From NCBI GenBank assembly GCA_017523725.1, contig JAFWVY010000010.1, positions 7,367 through 71,366 on the forward strand: a DNA stretch of 64,000 nt, in the 5' to 3' direction. Of this stretch, positions 17,609-26,563 are shown one piece after another (positions within the stretch are counted from its first letter, which is position 1; each line of letters begins with the position of its first letter). The notes under the pieces were generated by a model that worked only from the letters and a program-made list of their open reading frames with translations, was not told the DNA's origin and ran no database searches. The stretch comes from Bacteroidales bacterium (GTDB lineage Bacteria; Bacteroidota; Bacteroidia; Bacteroidales; UBA4181). A program made the position numbers and the translations under genes.

Positions 17609-18517
17609 TTATGATAAAGGTTTGGATGACAGTTGGGCAAGCACCCGGTCCAGCGCTTCCAATCCGAAGTCGGGCACGTAGGCTTCCGAGTTGCTTTCGA
17701 GTTCCTGCAGGTAGCCGTTCTCCATGTTCTTGGAAAACAGATAGTCGCAGACTTCGTCGTATTCGGCCTGCGTCAGCCGGCGCCCCAGACATGCGTCGTT
17801 GCGGACGGCGGGTGTCGGGAAATACTGGGCCATGAGGCTGAGGTAGAGGTCCGGGGAGAGCTGCGCCAGAAAGTCGATGACGCGCTTGCTGTTCTCGAGA
17901 TGTCCCGGCAGGACCAGATGGCGGACCAGCAGCCCTTTTTTCAGCAGGCCGTGCCGGAAAATGTTATGCGGCACCTGGCGGAACATTTCGGTGATGCACG
18001 CTGCGGCGGTCTCGAAATACCGGTCGGCTTCCGACCATGTCCGGGCCAGGTCGTCGTCGGCATATTTGAAATCGGGCAGATAGACATCGACAAGGCCTTC
18101 CAGCCGGCGCAGATGTTCCACGGATTCGTAACCGTTGCTGTTGTACACGACGGGGATGTGAAGCTGCGGCTTGTAACGCTGCAGTGTTTCGGCAATGGGC
18201 TCGGCGAAATGGGTCGGACTGACCAGGTTGATGTTTTCGGCTCCCAGGTCCTGCAGGTACAGCATCAGCTGCCCCAGCGTGTCCGTTGAGATGTCGCGTC
18301 CGCAGGCACCGCGCGAGATGGTTTCGTTCTGGCAGAACCGGCAGCGCAGGTTGCAACCGGTGAAAAAAATGGTGCCGCTGCCTTTCTGTCCGGAGATACA
18401 TGGCTCTTCCCACAGGTGCAGTCCGACCCTTGCGATATTCAGCCCTGTCGTACCGCAGAATCCCTTCCGGGTGACGCGGTCGGCCGGACAGTGTCTCGGG
18501 CAGGATGTGCATCCCAT
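17609..18517 (-). CDS. Radical SAM protein, pyruvate-formate-lyase-activase-like (PflX/COG1313-type), function unknown
   Basis: CxxxCxxC motif within FFTGCNLRCRFCQNETIS and an N-terminal Cys cluster MGCTSCPRHCPADR. Start trimmed to ATG 18517. Confidence 0.85.
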   Translation of the reverse strand: MGCTSCPRHCPADRVTRKGFCGTTGLNIARVGLHLWEEPCISGQKGSGTIFFTGCNLRCRFCQNETISRGACGRDISTDTLGQLMLYLQDLGAENINLVSPTHFAEPIAETLQRYKPQLHIPVVYNSNGYESVEHLRRLEGLVDVYLPDFKYADDDLARTWSEADRYFETAAACITEMFRQVPHNIFRHGLLKKGLLVRHLVLPGHLENSKRVIDFLAQLSPDLYLSLMAQYFPTPAVRNDACLGRRLTQAEYDEVCDYLFSKNMENGYLQELESNSEAYVPDFGLEALDRVLAQLSSKPLS

Positions 18518-18528
18518 GGCGTAGCGGC

Positions 18529-19407
18529 TTAGCGGTTGCGTTGCGTGGCGGCTTGCAGGGTGTTGGTCAGCAGGGAGACGATGGTCATGGGACCGACACC
18601 GCCGGGCACCGGCGAGATGTAGCTGCACTTGGGCGCCACTTCGTCGAATTTGACGTCACCTTTCAAGCGCCATCCGCGCGGTGAGGCAGGGTCGGGAACC
18701 CGGGTGGTGCCCACGTCGATGACCACGGCGCCTTCCTTGACCATGTCCGCCGTTACGAACTCGGGACTGCCGATGGCAGCGATGACGATGTCACCCTGCC
18801 GGACGATTTCCGGGAGGTTGGACGTGCGGCTGTGGCAGACGGTGACGGTGGCGTCGCCGGGCAACGTCTTCTGTATCATGAGCATGCTCATGGGCTTGCC
18901 GACGATGTTGCTCCGGCCGATGATGACGCAGTGTTTCCCGGAGGTCTTGATGTCGTAGCGCCGGAGCAGTTGCATGATGCCGGCCGGCGTGGCGGAGACG
19001 AAACAGGGCAGGCCGAGCATCATCTTGCCGATGTTGACCGGATGGAACCCGTCCACGTCTTTCGACGGGTCGATGGCCTGGATGATGTGCTGGTCGTCGA
19101 TGTGCTTCGGCAGGGGCAGCTGGACGATGAATCCGTCCACGTCGTCGTCGGCGTTGAGCTCTGCGATTCTGCCCAGCAGCTCCGCTTCGGTGACGTCTGC
19201 CTCGTAGCGGATCAGGGTCGATTGGAAGCCGACCTGGGCGCAGGAACGTACTTTGTTGGCCACGTAGGTCTCGCTGCCGCCGTCGTGTCCGACCAGGATG
19301 GCGGCCAGATGCGGCGGACGTTTCCCCTCGGCTGTCATCTGTTTTACCTGTTGTGCTATTTCGGCTTTGATCTGTTCCGAAATCAGTTTCCCGTCAATGA
19401 GTTGCAT
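18529..19407 (-). CDS. folD: Bifunctional 5,10-methylene-THF dehydrogenase / methenyl-THF cyclohydrolase
   Basis: [18 protein letters not shown]...[23 protein letters not shown]...[15 protein letters not shown]. Confidence 0.96.
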   Translation of the reverse strand: MQLIDGKLISEQIKAEIAQQVKQMTAEGKRPPHLAAILVGHDGGSETYVANKVRSCAQVGFQSTLIRYEADVTEAELLGRIAELNADDDVDGFIVQLPLPKHIDDQHIIQAIDPSKDVDGFHPVNIGKMMLGLPCFVSATPAGIMQLLRRYDIKTSGKHCVIIGRSNIVGKPMSMLMIQKTLPGDATVTVCHSRTSNLPEIVRQGDIVIAAIGSPEFVTADMVKEGAVVIDVGTTRVPDPASPRGWRLKGDVKFDEVAPKCSYISPVPGGVGPMTIVSLLTNTLQAATQRNR

Positions 19408-19425
19408 ATGGCGTAAGGTATAAGG

Positions 19426-20754
19426 TTATCGTCTCGGCATGCGGCGCATCAGTCCGGCCATTTTTTTCTGGTCGGTCATCATGTGCATCATTTTCCGTGT
19501 TTCGTCGAACTGCTTGATAAGGCGGTTGATTTCCTGGATGTCGGTTCCGCTTCCACGGGCAATGCGTTTCCTCCGGCTTCCGTTGATGATGGCCGGCGTG
19601 GCACGCTCTTCGGGCGTCATCGAATGGATGATCGCCTCGATGCCCTTGAAGGCGTCGTCGTCGATGTCCAGATTCCGGATGGCCTTGCCTACGCCGGGAA
19701 TCATGCCAGCCAGGTCTTTCAGGTTGCCCATTTTCTTGATCTGCTGTATCTGCCCCAGGAAATCGTTGAAATCGAACTGGTTCTTGGCGATTTTCTTCTG
19801 CAGGCGACGGGCTTCCTCGGCGTCGAACTGTTCCTGGGCTTTCTCCACCAGGGAGACGATGTCGCCCATGCCCAGGATGCGGTCGGCCATACGGGCCGGG
19901 TGGAAGAGGTCGAGCGCGTCCATCTTTTCGCCCGTCGAAACGAACTTGATGGGCTTGTCGACCACCGACTTGATGGACAGTGCGGCACCGCCGCGGGTGT
20001 CGCCGTCCAGTTTGGTGAGCACGACGCCGTCGAAGTCAAGTCGGTCGTTGAAGGCTTTGGCCGTGTTGACGGCATCCTGTCCGGTCATGGAGTCGACGAC
20101 GAACAGGATCTCGTCGGGAGAGACGGCCTGTTTGATGGCGGCGATTTCCGCCATCATCTCCTCGTCCACGGCCAGTCGGCCTGCGGTATCGATGATGACT
20201 GTGCCGAATCCGTGCGTCTTGGCATGGGCGATGGCGTTTTTGGCAATCTGAACAGCATTGCGGCTGCCTTCTTCGGTATAGACGGGTGCACCGACTTGGT
20301 CGGCCAGGACTTTCAGCTGCTCGATGGCGGCCGGACGGTAAACGTCGCAGGCGGCCAGCAGCACAGAACGCCCTTTCTTGCTCTTGAGCCACTGGGTGAG
20401 CTTGCCGGAGAACGTGGTCTTGCCGGAACCCTGCAGACCGGCGATCAGTACCACGGCCGGGCTGCCCTTGAGGTGCATTTCCGAGGTCTGACTGCCCATG
20501 AGGGCGGTCAGCTCGTCGTGCACGATCTTGACCATCATGTCGCTCGGCTTGACGGCATGAAGCACGTCCATACCCAAGGCTTTCTGCTTCACGTTGTCGG
20601 TGAAGGTCTTGGCCGTCTTGTAGTTGACGTCGGCGTCAAGCAGTGCCTTGCGGACTTCTTTCAGCGTTTCGGCCACGTTGATGTCGGTAATCTTTCCCTG
20701 CCCTTTCAGCAGCTTGAATGCGCGGTCGAGTTTGTCTGATAAATTGTCGAACAT
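19426..20754 (-). CDS. ffh: Signal recognition particle protein Ffh
   Basis: MFDNLSDKLDRAFKLLKGQGKI..., GTPase motifs GLQGSGKTT and DTAGR and TKLDGD, and a Met-rich M domain. Confidence 0.97.
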   Translation of the reverse strand: MFDNLSDKLDRAFKLLKGQGKITDINVAETLKEVRKALLDADVNYKTAKTFTDNVKQKALGMDVLHAVKPSDMMVKIVHDELTALMGSQTSEMHLKGSPAVVLIAGLQGSGKTTFSGKLTQWLKSKKGRSVLLAACDVYRPAAIEQLKVLADQVGAPVYTEEGSRNAVQIAKNAIAHAKTHGFGTVIIDTAGRLAVDEEMMAEIAAIKQAVSPDEILFVVDSMTGQDAVNTAKAFNDRLDFDGVVLTKLDGDTRGGAALSIKSVVDKPIKFVSTGEKMDALDLFHPARMADRILGMGDIVSLVEKAQEQFDAEEARRLQKKIAKNQFDFNDFLGQIQQIKKMGNLKDLAGMIPGVGKAIRNLDIDDDAFKGIEAIIHSMTPEERATPAIINGSRRKRIARGSGTDIQEINRLIKQFDETRKMMHMMTDQKKMAGLMRRMPRR

Positions 20755-20777
20755 GTTATACAGTGTTAAGGCGTTCT

Positions 20778-22577
20778 TTACATGCGTTCGGGGACTTCTA
20801 TGCCGAGCAGTGACATGCCCGACCGGATGATCCAGGCGGTTTTCAGCGACAGCATCAGCCGGAACGAACGGACGGCCTGCTGCGGTTCGTGCAGAATCGA
20901 GAAGTCGTGGTAGAACTGGTTGAATTCTTTAGCCAGGTCGTAGACGTAGGCGGCGATGACCGAGGGATTGAGCGCGTCGCCGGCGGCCTTGACAGCATCC
21001 GGGAATCCGTAGAGTATTTTGACGATGCTTTTCTCTTTGGCGTTCAGGGCATAGGGCTCCGCCATGCTTTCCGGCACCTCCATGCCGTCTTCGGCGGCCT
21101 TCCGCAGAATCGACCGAATGCGGGCGTAGGTGTATTGGATAAACGGTCCGGTATTGCCGTTGAAATCGATGCTCTCCTCGGGGGAGAACATCATGTTTTT
21201 GCGTGGATCGACCTTGAGTATGAAATACTTGAGGGCGCCCAGCCCGATGATGCGGTAGATGTCCTCGGCCTGCTGTCTGGTGTATCCTTCCAGTTTGCCG
21301 GCCGTTTCGGACATGCCGCGGGCCGTGTCGATCATGTCATCCATCAGGTCGTCCGCATCGACGACGGTGCCTTCGCGCGATTTCATCCGGCCGTTCGGCA
21401 GCTCCACCATGCCGTAGGACAGGTGGTGGATGTGGCTCGCCCAGCTGTAGCCGAGTTTGCCGAGGATGAGCGAGAGCACCTGGAAGTGGTAGTTCTGCTC
21501 GTTACCCACGACGTAGATGTGTTCGTCGATGTCGTAGGTCGAGAAACGCTGGCAGGCCGTGCCGATGTCCTGTGTCATGTAAACCGACGTTCCGTCGGCG
21601 CGCAGCAGCAGCTTTTCGTCCAGTCCGTCCTTGGTGAGGTCGCACCAGACCGATCCGTTTTCCTTCCGGTAGAAAATGCCCTCATCCAGGCCGCGCTGGA
21701 CAATCTCCTTGCCCAGCAGATAGGTCTGCGATTCGTAGTAAACCTTGTCGAACGACACGCCCAGTTTGCGGTAGGTGTCGTCGAATCCGTCATAAACCCA
21801 TCGGTTCATGGTTTCCCACAAGGCGAGTGTCTCCGGGTCCCGCGCCTCCCACCGGCGCAGCATCGCCTGGGCCTCCTGCAGCAACGGGGCCTTGGCGGCG
21901 GCCTCTTCCTCTGACATCCCCTGCTCTTGCAGTGCTTTGACTTCTTTCTTGTATTCCACGTCGAACCGGACGTAGTAGTTGCCGACCAGATGGTCGCCCT
22001 TCAGACCGGTGGACTCGGGTGTTTCGCCGTTGCCGAAGCGTTGCCATGCCAGCATGGACTTGCAGATGTGGATGCCCCGGTCGTTCACCAGGTTCACTTT
22101 GATGACCTTGTTGCCGTTGGCTGCCAGGATGCGGGCCAGCGAGAACCCCAGCAGGTTGTTGCGGACGTGGCCGAGGTGCAGCGGTTTGTTGGTGTTCGGC
22201 GACGAGTACTCAATCATGATGGTCCGCGCGCCTTCTTCCGGCTCGGAAATGCCGAACGAGGCATCGGCCAGTGCCGTGTTGACGAAGTCGAACCAGAACC
22301 GGTCGCGGATGCTGAGGTTCAGGAATCCTTTGATGGTATTGAAATCACCTGCCTCGGGACAGTGCTCCGAGAGATATCGGCCGATGGCGGCCGCCGTTGC
22401 GTCGGGTGCGGCGTGCGAAATCTTGAGAAGCGGAAAGACGACGAGGGTGTAGTCGCCTTCGAATTCCTTGCGGGTCTCCTGCCAGGAGACGAGTTCCGGA
22501 CCGACGTCCTGTCCGTAGAGCGCCCGGACGGCCTCGACGGTATATGCTGCGAGAATCTGTTCGATATGCTGGTTCAT
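20778..22577 (-). CDS. argS: Arginine--tRNA ligase
   Basis: The class I HIGH equivalent appears as SSPNTNKPLHLGHVRN. C-terminal DALR anticodon-binding domain. Start set to ATG 22577 (MNQHIEQILAAY...); ATGs at 22598 and 22613 are possible but leave little or no leader after the -7 box. Confidence 0.93.
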   Translation of the reverse strand: MNQHIEQILAAYTVEAVRALYGQDVGPELVSWQETRKEFEGDYTLVVFPLLKISHAAPDATAAAIGRYLSEHCPEAGDFNTIKGFLNLSIRDRFWFDFVNTALADASFGISEPEEGARTIMIEYSSPNTNKPLHLGHVRNNLLGFSLARILAANGNKVIKVNLVNDRGIHICKSMLAWQRFGNGETPESTGLKGDHLVGNYYVRFDVEYKKEVKALQEQGMSEEEAAAKAPLLQEAQAMLRRWEARDPETLALWETMNRWVYDGFDDTYRKLGVSFDKVYYESQTYLLGKEIVQRGLDEGIFYRKENGSVWCDLTKDGLDEKLLLRADGTSVYMTQDIGTACQRFSTYDIDEHIYVVGNEQNYHFQVLSLILGKLGYSWASHIHHLSYGMVELPNGRMKSREGTVVDADDLMDDMIDTARGMSETAGKLEGYTRQQAEDIYRIIGLGALKYFILKVDPRKNMMFSPEESIDFNGNTGPFIQYTYARIRSILRKAAEDGMEVPESMAEPYALNAKEKSIVKILYGFPDAVKAAGDALNPSVIAAYVYDLAKEFNQFYHDFSILHEPQQAVRSFRLMLSLKTAWIIRSGMSLLGIEVPERM

Positions 22578-22610
22578 TGCGGGAACGGTATTTTTCATGA
22601 AAAGAAAAAG

Positions 22611-22618
22611 CAAAGATA
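22611..22618 (-). promoter_or_regulatory. Putative -7 box (TATCTTTG) for argS-ffh-folD
   Basis: Plus strand gcaaagataac. Exact TAnnTTTG ending 33 nt upstream of ATG 22577. Confidence 0.45.
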
Positions 22619-22649
22619 ACTAAAATGAAGTTCCCGCCGTCCCGTCCGG

Positions 22650-23276
22650 TCAGTCTTTGAGATGTTCCGCAAATGTGTGGCGGTAGAACAGCAGAATGAT
22701 GAAGACTCCGATGGTGATGGCCGAGTCGGCCAGATTGAAGATGGGACGGAAAAAGATGAACTCTTCTCCGGCGGAGAACGGGAACCATTGGGGCACCGCG
22801 CCTTTTATGATCGGGAAATACAGCATGTCAACGACTTTCCCCTTCAGGAATCCGGCGTATCCACCGTCTTCCGGAAGGAAGGATGCCACGTGGGAAAACG
22901 TGCTTTGGTCGAAAACCAGCCCGTAGAACATGCTGTCGATGATATTGCCGATGGCCCCGGCGAGAACGAGTGTACAGGCAAGTACGAATCCGGTACGGGC
23001 TTTCATCTTGAGCAGGTAGTGGATGTACCAGCCGATGAGTCCGACGGCGGCGATCCGGAACAGGCTGAGCAGGAATTTACCGATGCTGCCGCCCAGTTCG
23101 AAACCGAAGGCCATGCCGTTGTTCTCGATGAAGCGGATGAGGAACCACTGTCCGCAGACCGGGATGTCCTGTCCGAGGGTCATGTGTGTCTTGATCCAGA
23201 ACTTGACCGCCTGATCGGCAATCAGGACGAAAAAGAACAGTATCAGACATTTGGTGCAGGGAGACAGTCTTTTCAT
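22650..23276 (-). CDS. lspA: Lipoprotein signal peptidase (signal peptidase II)
   Basis: Four-TM protein with motifs DQAVKFWIK, FIENNGMAFG, AGAIGNIIDS and FNLADSAI. Confidence 0.9.
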   Translation of the reverse strand: MKRLSPCTKCLILFFFVLIADQAVKFWIKTHMTLGQDIPVCGQWFLIRFIENNGMAFGFELGGSIGKFLLSLFRIAAVGLIGWYIHYLLKMKARTGFVLACTLVLAGAIGNIIDSMFYGLVFDQSTFSHVASFLPEDGGYAGFLKGKVVDMLYFPIIKGAVPQWFPFSAGEEFIFFRPIFNLADSAITIGVFIILLFYRHTFAEHLKD

Positions 23277-23299
23277 AACAGATCGTTGTCGTGGATTGT

Positions 23300-23929
23300 T
23301 CAGCAGGAGGACATCCGGGTGCGGAGGGCTTCCGTCAGAACGTCCCGGATGGACGGATAGGTCGAGGCGATGATGTCGTCCAGATGATCCGGCTGCCGCC
23401 AGAGCAGGCGGGTGATTCCTTCTTCAATCTGAGGTCTCATCGCCGCCGGTCCGGGCAGCGACATCCGGAACCATGTCGTTTTTTTCAGGACGGGACAGTC
23501 TTCCAGGAAGTATGTATGGAAGGTTTCCGTGAGGAACGAGGCACTGGCCGGCGGTCCGGGCAGTCCGCATTCCTCGGTGACTTCGCGCAGGGCGTTCTCT
23601 TCGGGCGTCTCGCCCTCTTCCTCCTTCCCTTTGGGCAGGTCCCAGCGTCCGTTACGGAAGATAAAAAGCCATTCTCCGCGGTGGTTCTGCAGCAGCCCGC
23701 CGGCGGCGCGGATGCAGCGGAAATACGATTGGAAGGCCTCTATTGTTTCGTCGATATTATTGGTTATCAGACAGATATTTTCTCTTTTCTGCAGTCTTTC
23801 CCATAATTCGGCGATTTGTTTTTTGTTTTGAAACTTTACGACGGGAATACCGGAGTTTCCAGTTGTTTTTGTATTTTTGTCGCAGAGTTCAAGGCAAGCG
23901 TCCAGATAATAGATTTTAATGCTTTTCAT
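23300..23929 (-). CDS. NUDIX hydrolase
   Basis: Nudix box GKEEEGETPEENALREVTEECG. Start chosen at ATG 23929 (MKSIKIYY...); the track start 24016 would overlap pyrE on the opposite strand. Confidence 0.8.
   Translation of the reverse strand: MKSIKIYYLDACLELCDKNTKTTGNSGIPVVKFQNKKQIAELWERLQKRENICLITNNIDETIEAFQSYFRCIRAAGGLLQNHRGEWLFIFRNGRWDLPKGKEEEGETPEENALREVTEECGLPGPPASASFLTETFHTYFLEDCPVLKKTTWFRMSLPGPAAMRPQIEEGITRLLWRQPDHLDDIIASTYPSIRDVLTEALRTRMSSC
23872..23879 (+). promoter_or_regulatory. Putative -7 box (TATTTTTG) for pyrE, embedded in the 5' coding region of the divergent Nudix gene
   Basis: Exact TAnnTTTG ending 64 nt upstream of the pyrE ATG, in a locally AT-rich stretch. Confidence 0.4.
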
Positions 23930-23943
23930 ATAGATAAAAGGTA

Positions 23944-24579
23944 ATGGGAACCTCTGCAGAAGTCGCAAAATATTTGCTGCAAAGTAAAGCAATAAAATTG
24001 GAACCGTCAAACCCATTCACATGGGCTTCAGGTTGGCTTTCTCCTATCTATTGTGACAATCGCAAGACGTTGGGATTCCCGGAGATACGCAGTGCCATCC
24101 GGGATGCTTTCGTACAGCTTATCCGCGAACGGTTCCCGTCCGTGGACACGATTGCCGGCGTCGCCACAGGGGCCATCGCCCAGGGCGCGCTGGTGGCCGA
24201 CCGGATGCAGTTGCCCTTTGTCTATGTCCGTTCGGCCAACAAGACGCACGGGATGGGAAACCGGATAGAGGGACGGATGGAACCCGGTGCAAAAGTGGTG
24301 GTGGTGGAGGATCTCGTCTCCACGGGAGGCAGCAGCCTGTCGGCTACGGCGGCGCTGCGCGAAGCCGGGGCGGAAGTGCTCGGCATGACAGCCATCTTCA
24401 CCTATCAGTTCCCGGTAGCCGCCGCACATTTCGCGGAAGCAGGCGTATCGCTTTACACGCTGACCGATTACGGGACGCTGATTGGCGAGGCACTGTCGGA
24501 AGGCTATATCCGGCAGGAAGATGTGGAAATGCTCAAGGCCTGGCGCCAGTCTCCCGAGACATGGAACGGCAGGGCGTAA
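23944..24579 (+). CDS. pyrE: Orotate phosphoribosyltransferase
   Basis: FTWASGWLSPIYCDNRKTL... and the PRPP-binding motif VVVVEDLVSTGGSS. Confidence 0.95.
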   Translation: MGTSAEVAKYLLQSKAIKLEPSNPFTWASGWLSPIYCDNRKTLGFPEIRSAIRDAFVQLIRERFPSVDTIAGVATGAIAQGALVADRMQLPFVYVRSANKTHGMGNRIEGRMEPGAKVVVVEDLVSTGGSSLSATAALREAGAEVLGMTAIFTYQFPVAAAHFAEAGVSLYTLTDYGTLIGEALSEGYIRQEDVEMLKAWRQSPETWNGRA

Positions 24580-24591
24580 ACAAGAAAGACT

Positions 24592-24993
24592 ATGGAACTG
24601 AAATTAGAGAGCAGAATCGGCAAGGTGTCGCGGGATGCCGGTCAGATTTACGAGTTTCTGTCCGACTTCAATCACTTGAGTGCGTTTGTGCCGCCTGACA
24701 AGGTGCAGGACTGGCAGGTCACGGCCGATACGTGCAGTTTCTCAATGCATGCCGTGGGCAAGATCGCTTTCCGGGTGTTGAACCGCGAACCGCAGCATAC
24801 CATCAAGATGGCGGTGGAAACAATGTACGCCAAGGATGTACTGCTGTGGGTGCAGCTCAAGCCGGCGCAGCCCTACGAAACGCGGGTGAAACTGACGCTC
24901 AAGGCTGAGATGAACCCGATGATGAAACTCTTTGTTTCCAAACCGCTGCAGCAGTTTCTCGACAAAATCATAGACACGCTGGAAGCCATGTAG
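24592..24993 (+). CDS. SRPBCC (START/Bet v1-like) family protein, function unknown
   Basis: 133 aa. The size and predicted beta-alpha pattern fit SRPBCC. It follows pyrE by 12 nt. The family call is a recollection, not a motif match. Confidence 0.55.
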   Translation: MELKLESRIGKVSRDAGQIYEFLSDFNHLSAFVPPDKVQDWQVTADTCSFSMHAVGKIAFRVLNREPQHTIKMAVETMYAKDVLLWVQLKPAQPYETRVKLTLKAEMNPMMKLFVSKPLQQFLDKIIDTLEAM

Positions 24994-24994
24994 C

Positions 24995-26563
24995 CTATGC
25001 CGGCTGCAGCACCACAAACGGAACAATCATCTCTTCCATGGAGATGCCGCCGTGCTGGAAGGTCTGGTGATAGTAACTGGCGAACTGGTTGTAATTTTTC
25101 GGATAGATAAGATAATCGCCGCCGGATGCGAAAATGTAACTGGTGGTGAGCGCTGTCCGTGGCAGTTGGCAGGAAGCCGGCTCCCGGACCTCGAAAATGC
25201 GTTTGTGTTCGAAGGCCAGTTTGCGCCCCTGTTTGTAGCGGATGTTGACTGAGGATTCGCGGTCGCCGACGACCCGGACGGGATTGGTCACCCGGATGGA
25301 GCCGTGGTCGGTGGTAATGATGACACGGACTCCTTTGGCGGCCATTGCCCGGAGCAGGTCCAGCAGCGCAGAATGCTCGAACCATGTGCGCGTCAGGGTG
25401 CGGTAGGCGGCTTCGTCGCCGGACAGCTGTCGGATCATGTCGCTGTCGGTTCGCGCATGTGAAAGCTGGTCCACAAAATTGAACACCAGCGCGATGAGGT
25501 CGTATTGCAGATATTGCCCGAGTTTCTCCGGCAGTTTCTTCCCGGCTTTTTCAGAGGCGATTTTCTCGTAAATCATCCGGACCGGAAGACGGCGTCGTCT
25601 CAGATGTTGCTCGAGCAGTTGCTGCTCGAATTCGTTATGTCCTTCGTCGTGCTCTTCCTCCCCTGTCCAGTATTCCGGCATGGACCGCTGGATCTGCAGC
25701 GGCAGCAGCCCGGCGAAGAGCGCGTTCCGTGCGTACTGGGTCACTGTGGGCAGGATGGCGCTGTACAGCAATTCCTTTTCGGTCTTGAAGTAGGGTGCAA
25801 GCAGCGGGGCGAAGGCCTTCCACTGGTCGTACCGCATGTTGTCGATGACCAGCAGGCAGGTAGGCTGTCCGGTTGCAAGCATCGGGAAAAGTTCCTTCTG
25901 CAGGATGGTGGAAGAAAGAAGCGGGGTCTCCGGACTGTCCGGTGATTGCATCCAGCCGGTGTAGTTCTGCCGGACGAACTTGGCGAAGGCGGCATTGGCA
26001 TCGTTTTTCTGGGTCTGCAGGATGTCCTGCAGCAGGTTGTCTCCGAGCGATTCCAGCTCCATATCCCAGTAAACAAGTTTCCGGTAGAGCTCAGCGTAGT
26101 CTCCGAACGAACGGGCGGCTGCGATGTCGCCGCCCAGTTCTGCGAACGTGGTCTGGTAGGCCGTGGTGGTCCGGGCGCTGACCAGACGCCGGCTTTCGGT
26201 GTTTTTCTTGATGCTCGACAGAATCTGGTTCGGATGGACCGGCTTGATGAGGTAGTCGGCGATTTTGGCCCCGATGGCCTCATCCATGATGTTCTCCTCT
26301 TCGCTTTTGGTAATCATGACCACGGGCGTGTCCGGTGCGGTCATCTTGATGCGTGAAAGCGTCTCGAGACCGCTGAGCCCCGGCATGTTTTCGTCCAGCA
26401 GAATCAGGTCGGCCTGAATCTCTTTCAGCATGTCGATGGCGTCGTAACCGTTGGTCGCCGTGCGTACGTCGTACCCCTTGCCTTGCAGGAACAGGACGTG
26501 CGGGCGGAGCAGGTCGATCTCGTCGTCGGCCCAGAGAATGGTTATTCTGCGATCCGTGCTCAT
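24995..26563 (-). CDS. porX: PorX-type T9SS response regulator: CheY-like receiver fused to a PglZ/alkaline-phosphatase-superfamily domain
   Basis: Receiver ITILWADDEIDLLRPHVLFLQGKGYDV...LILLDENMPGLSG...KPV. PglZ motifs VIDNMRYDQW and ITTDHGS. 522 aa, the size of P. gingivalis PorX. ATGA overlap with the upstream ORF. Confidence 0.8.
   Translation of the reverse strand: MSTDRRITILWADDEIDLLRPHVLFLQGKGYDVRTATNGYDAIDMLKEIQADLILLDENMPGLSGLETLSRIKMTAPDTPVVMITKSEEENIMDEAIGAKIADYLIKPVHPNQILSSIKKNTESRRLVSARTTTAYQTTFAELGGDIAAARSFGDYAELYRKLVYWDMELESLGDNLLQDILQTQKNDANAAFAKFVRQNYTGWMQSPDSPETPLLSSTILQKELFPMLATGQPTCLLVIDNMRYDQWKAFAPLLAPYFKTEKELLYSAILPTVTQYARNALFAGLLPLQIQRSMPEYWTGEEEHDEGHNEFEQQLLEQHLRRRRLPVRMIYEKIASEKAGKKLPEKLGQYLQYDLIALVFNFVDQLSHARTDSDMIRQLSGDEAAYRTLTRTWFEHSALLDLLRAMAAKGVRVIITTDHGSIRVTNPVRVVGDRESSVNIRYKQGRKLAFEHKRIFEVREPASCQLPRTALTTSYIFASGGDYLIYPKNYNQFASYYHQTFQHGGISMEEMIVPFVVLQPA

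Noticed and set aside
24995-26563. PglZ domain as a marker of a BREX/phage-defence island
   Set aside because: The PglZ domain is fused to an N-terminal CheY-like receiver, which is the PorX architecture. None of the BREX partners (methyltransferase, BrxC ATPase, BrxA/B, Lon-like BrxL) is nearby, and the neighbours are glnS, waaA/porW and pyrE.
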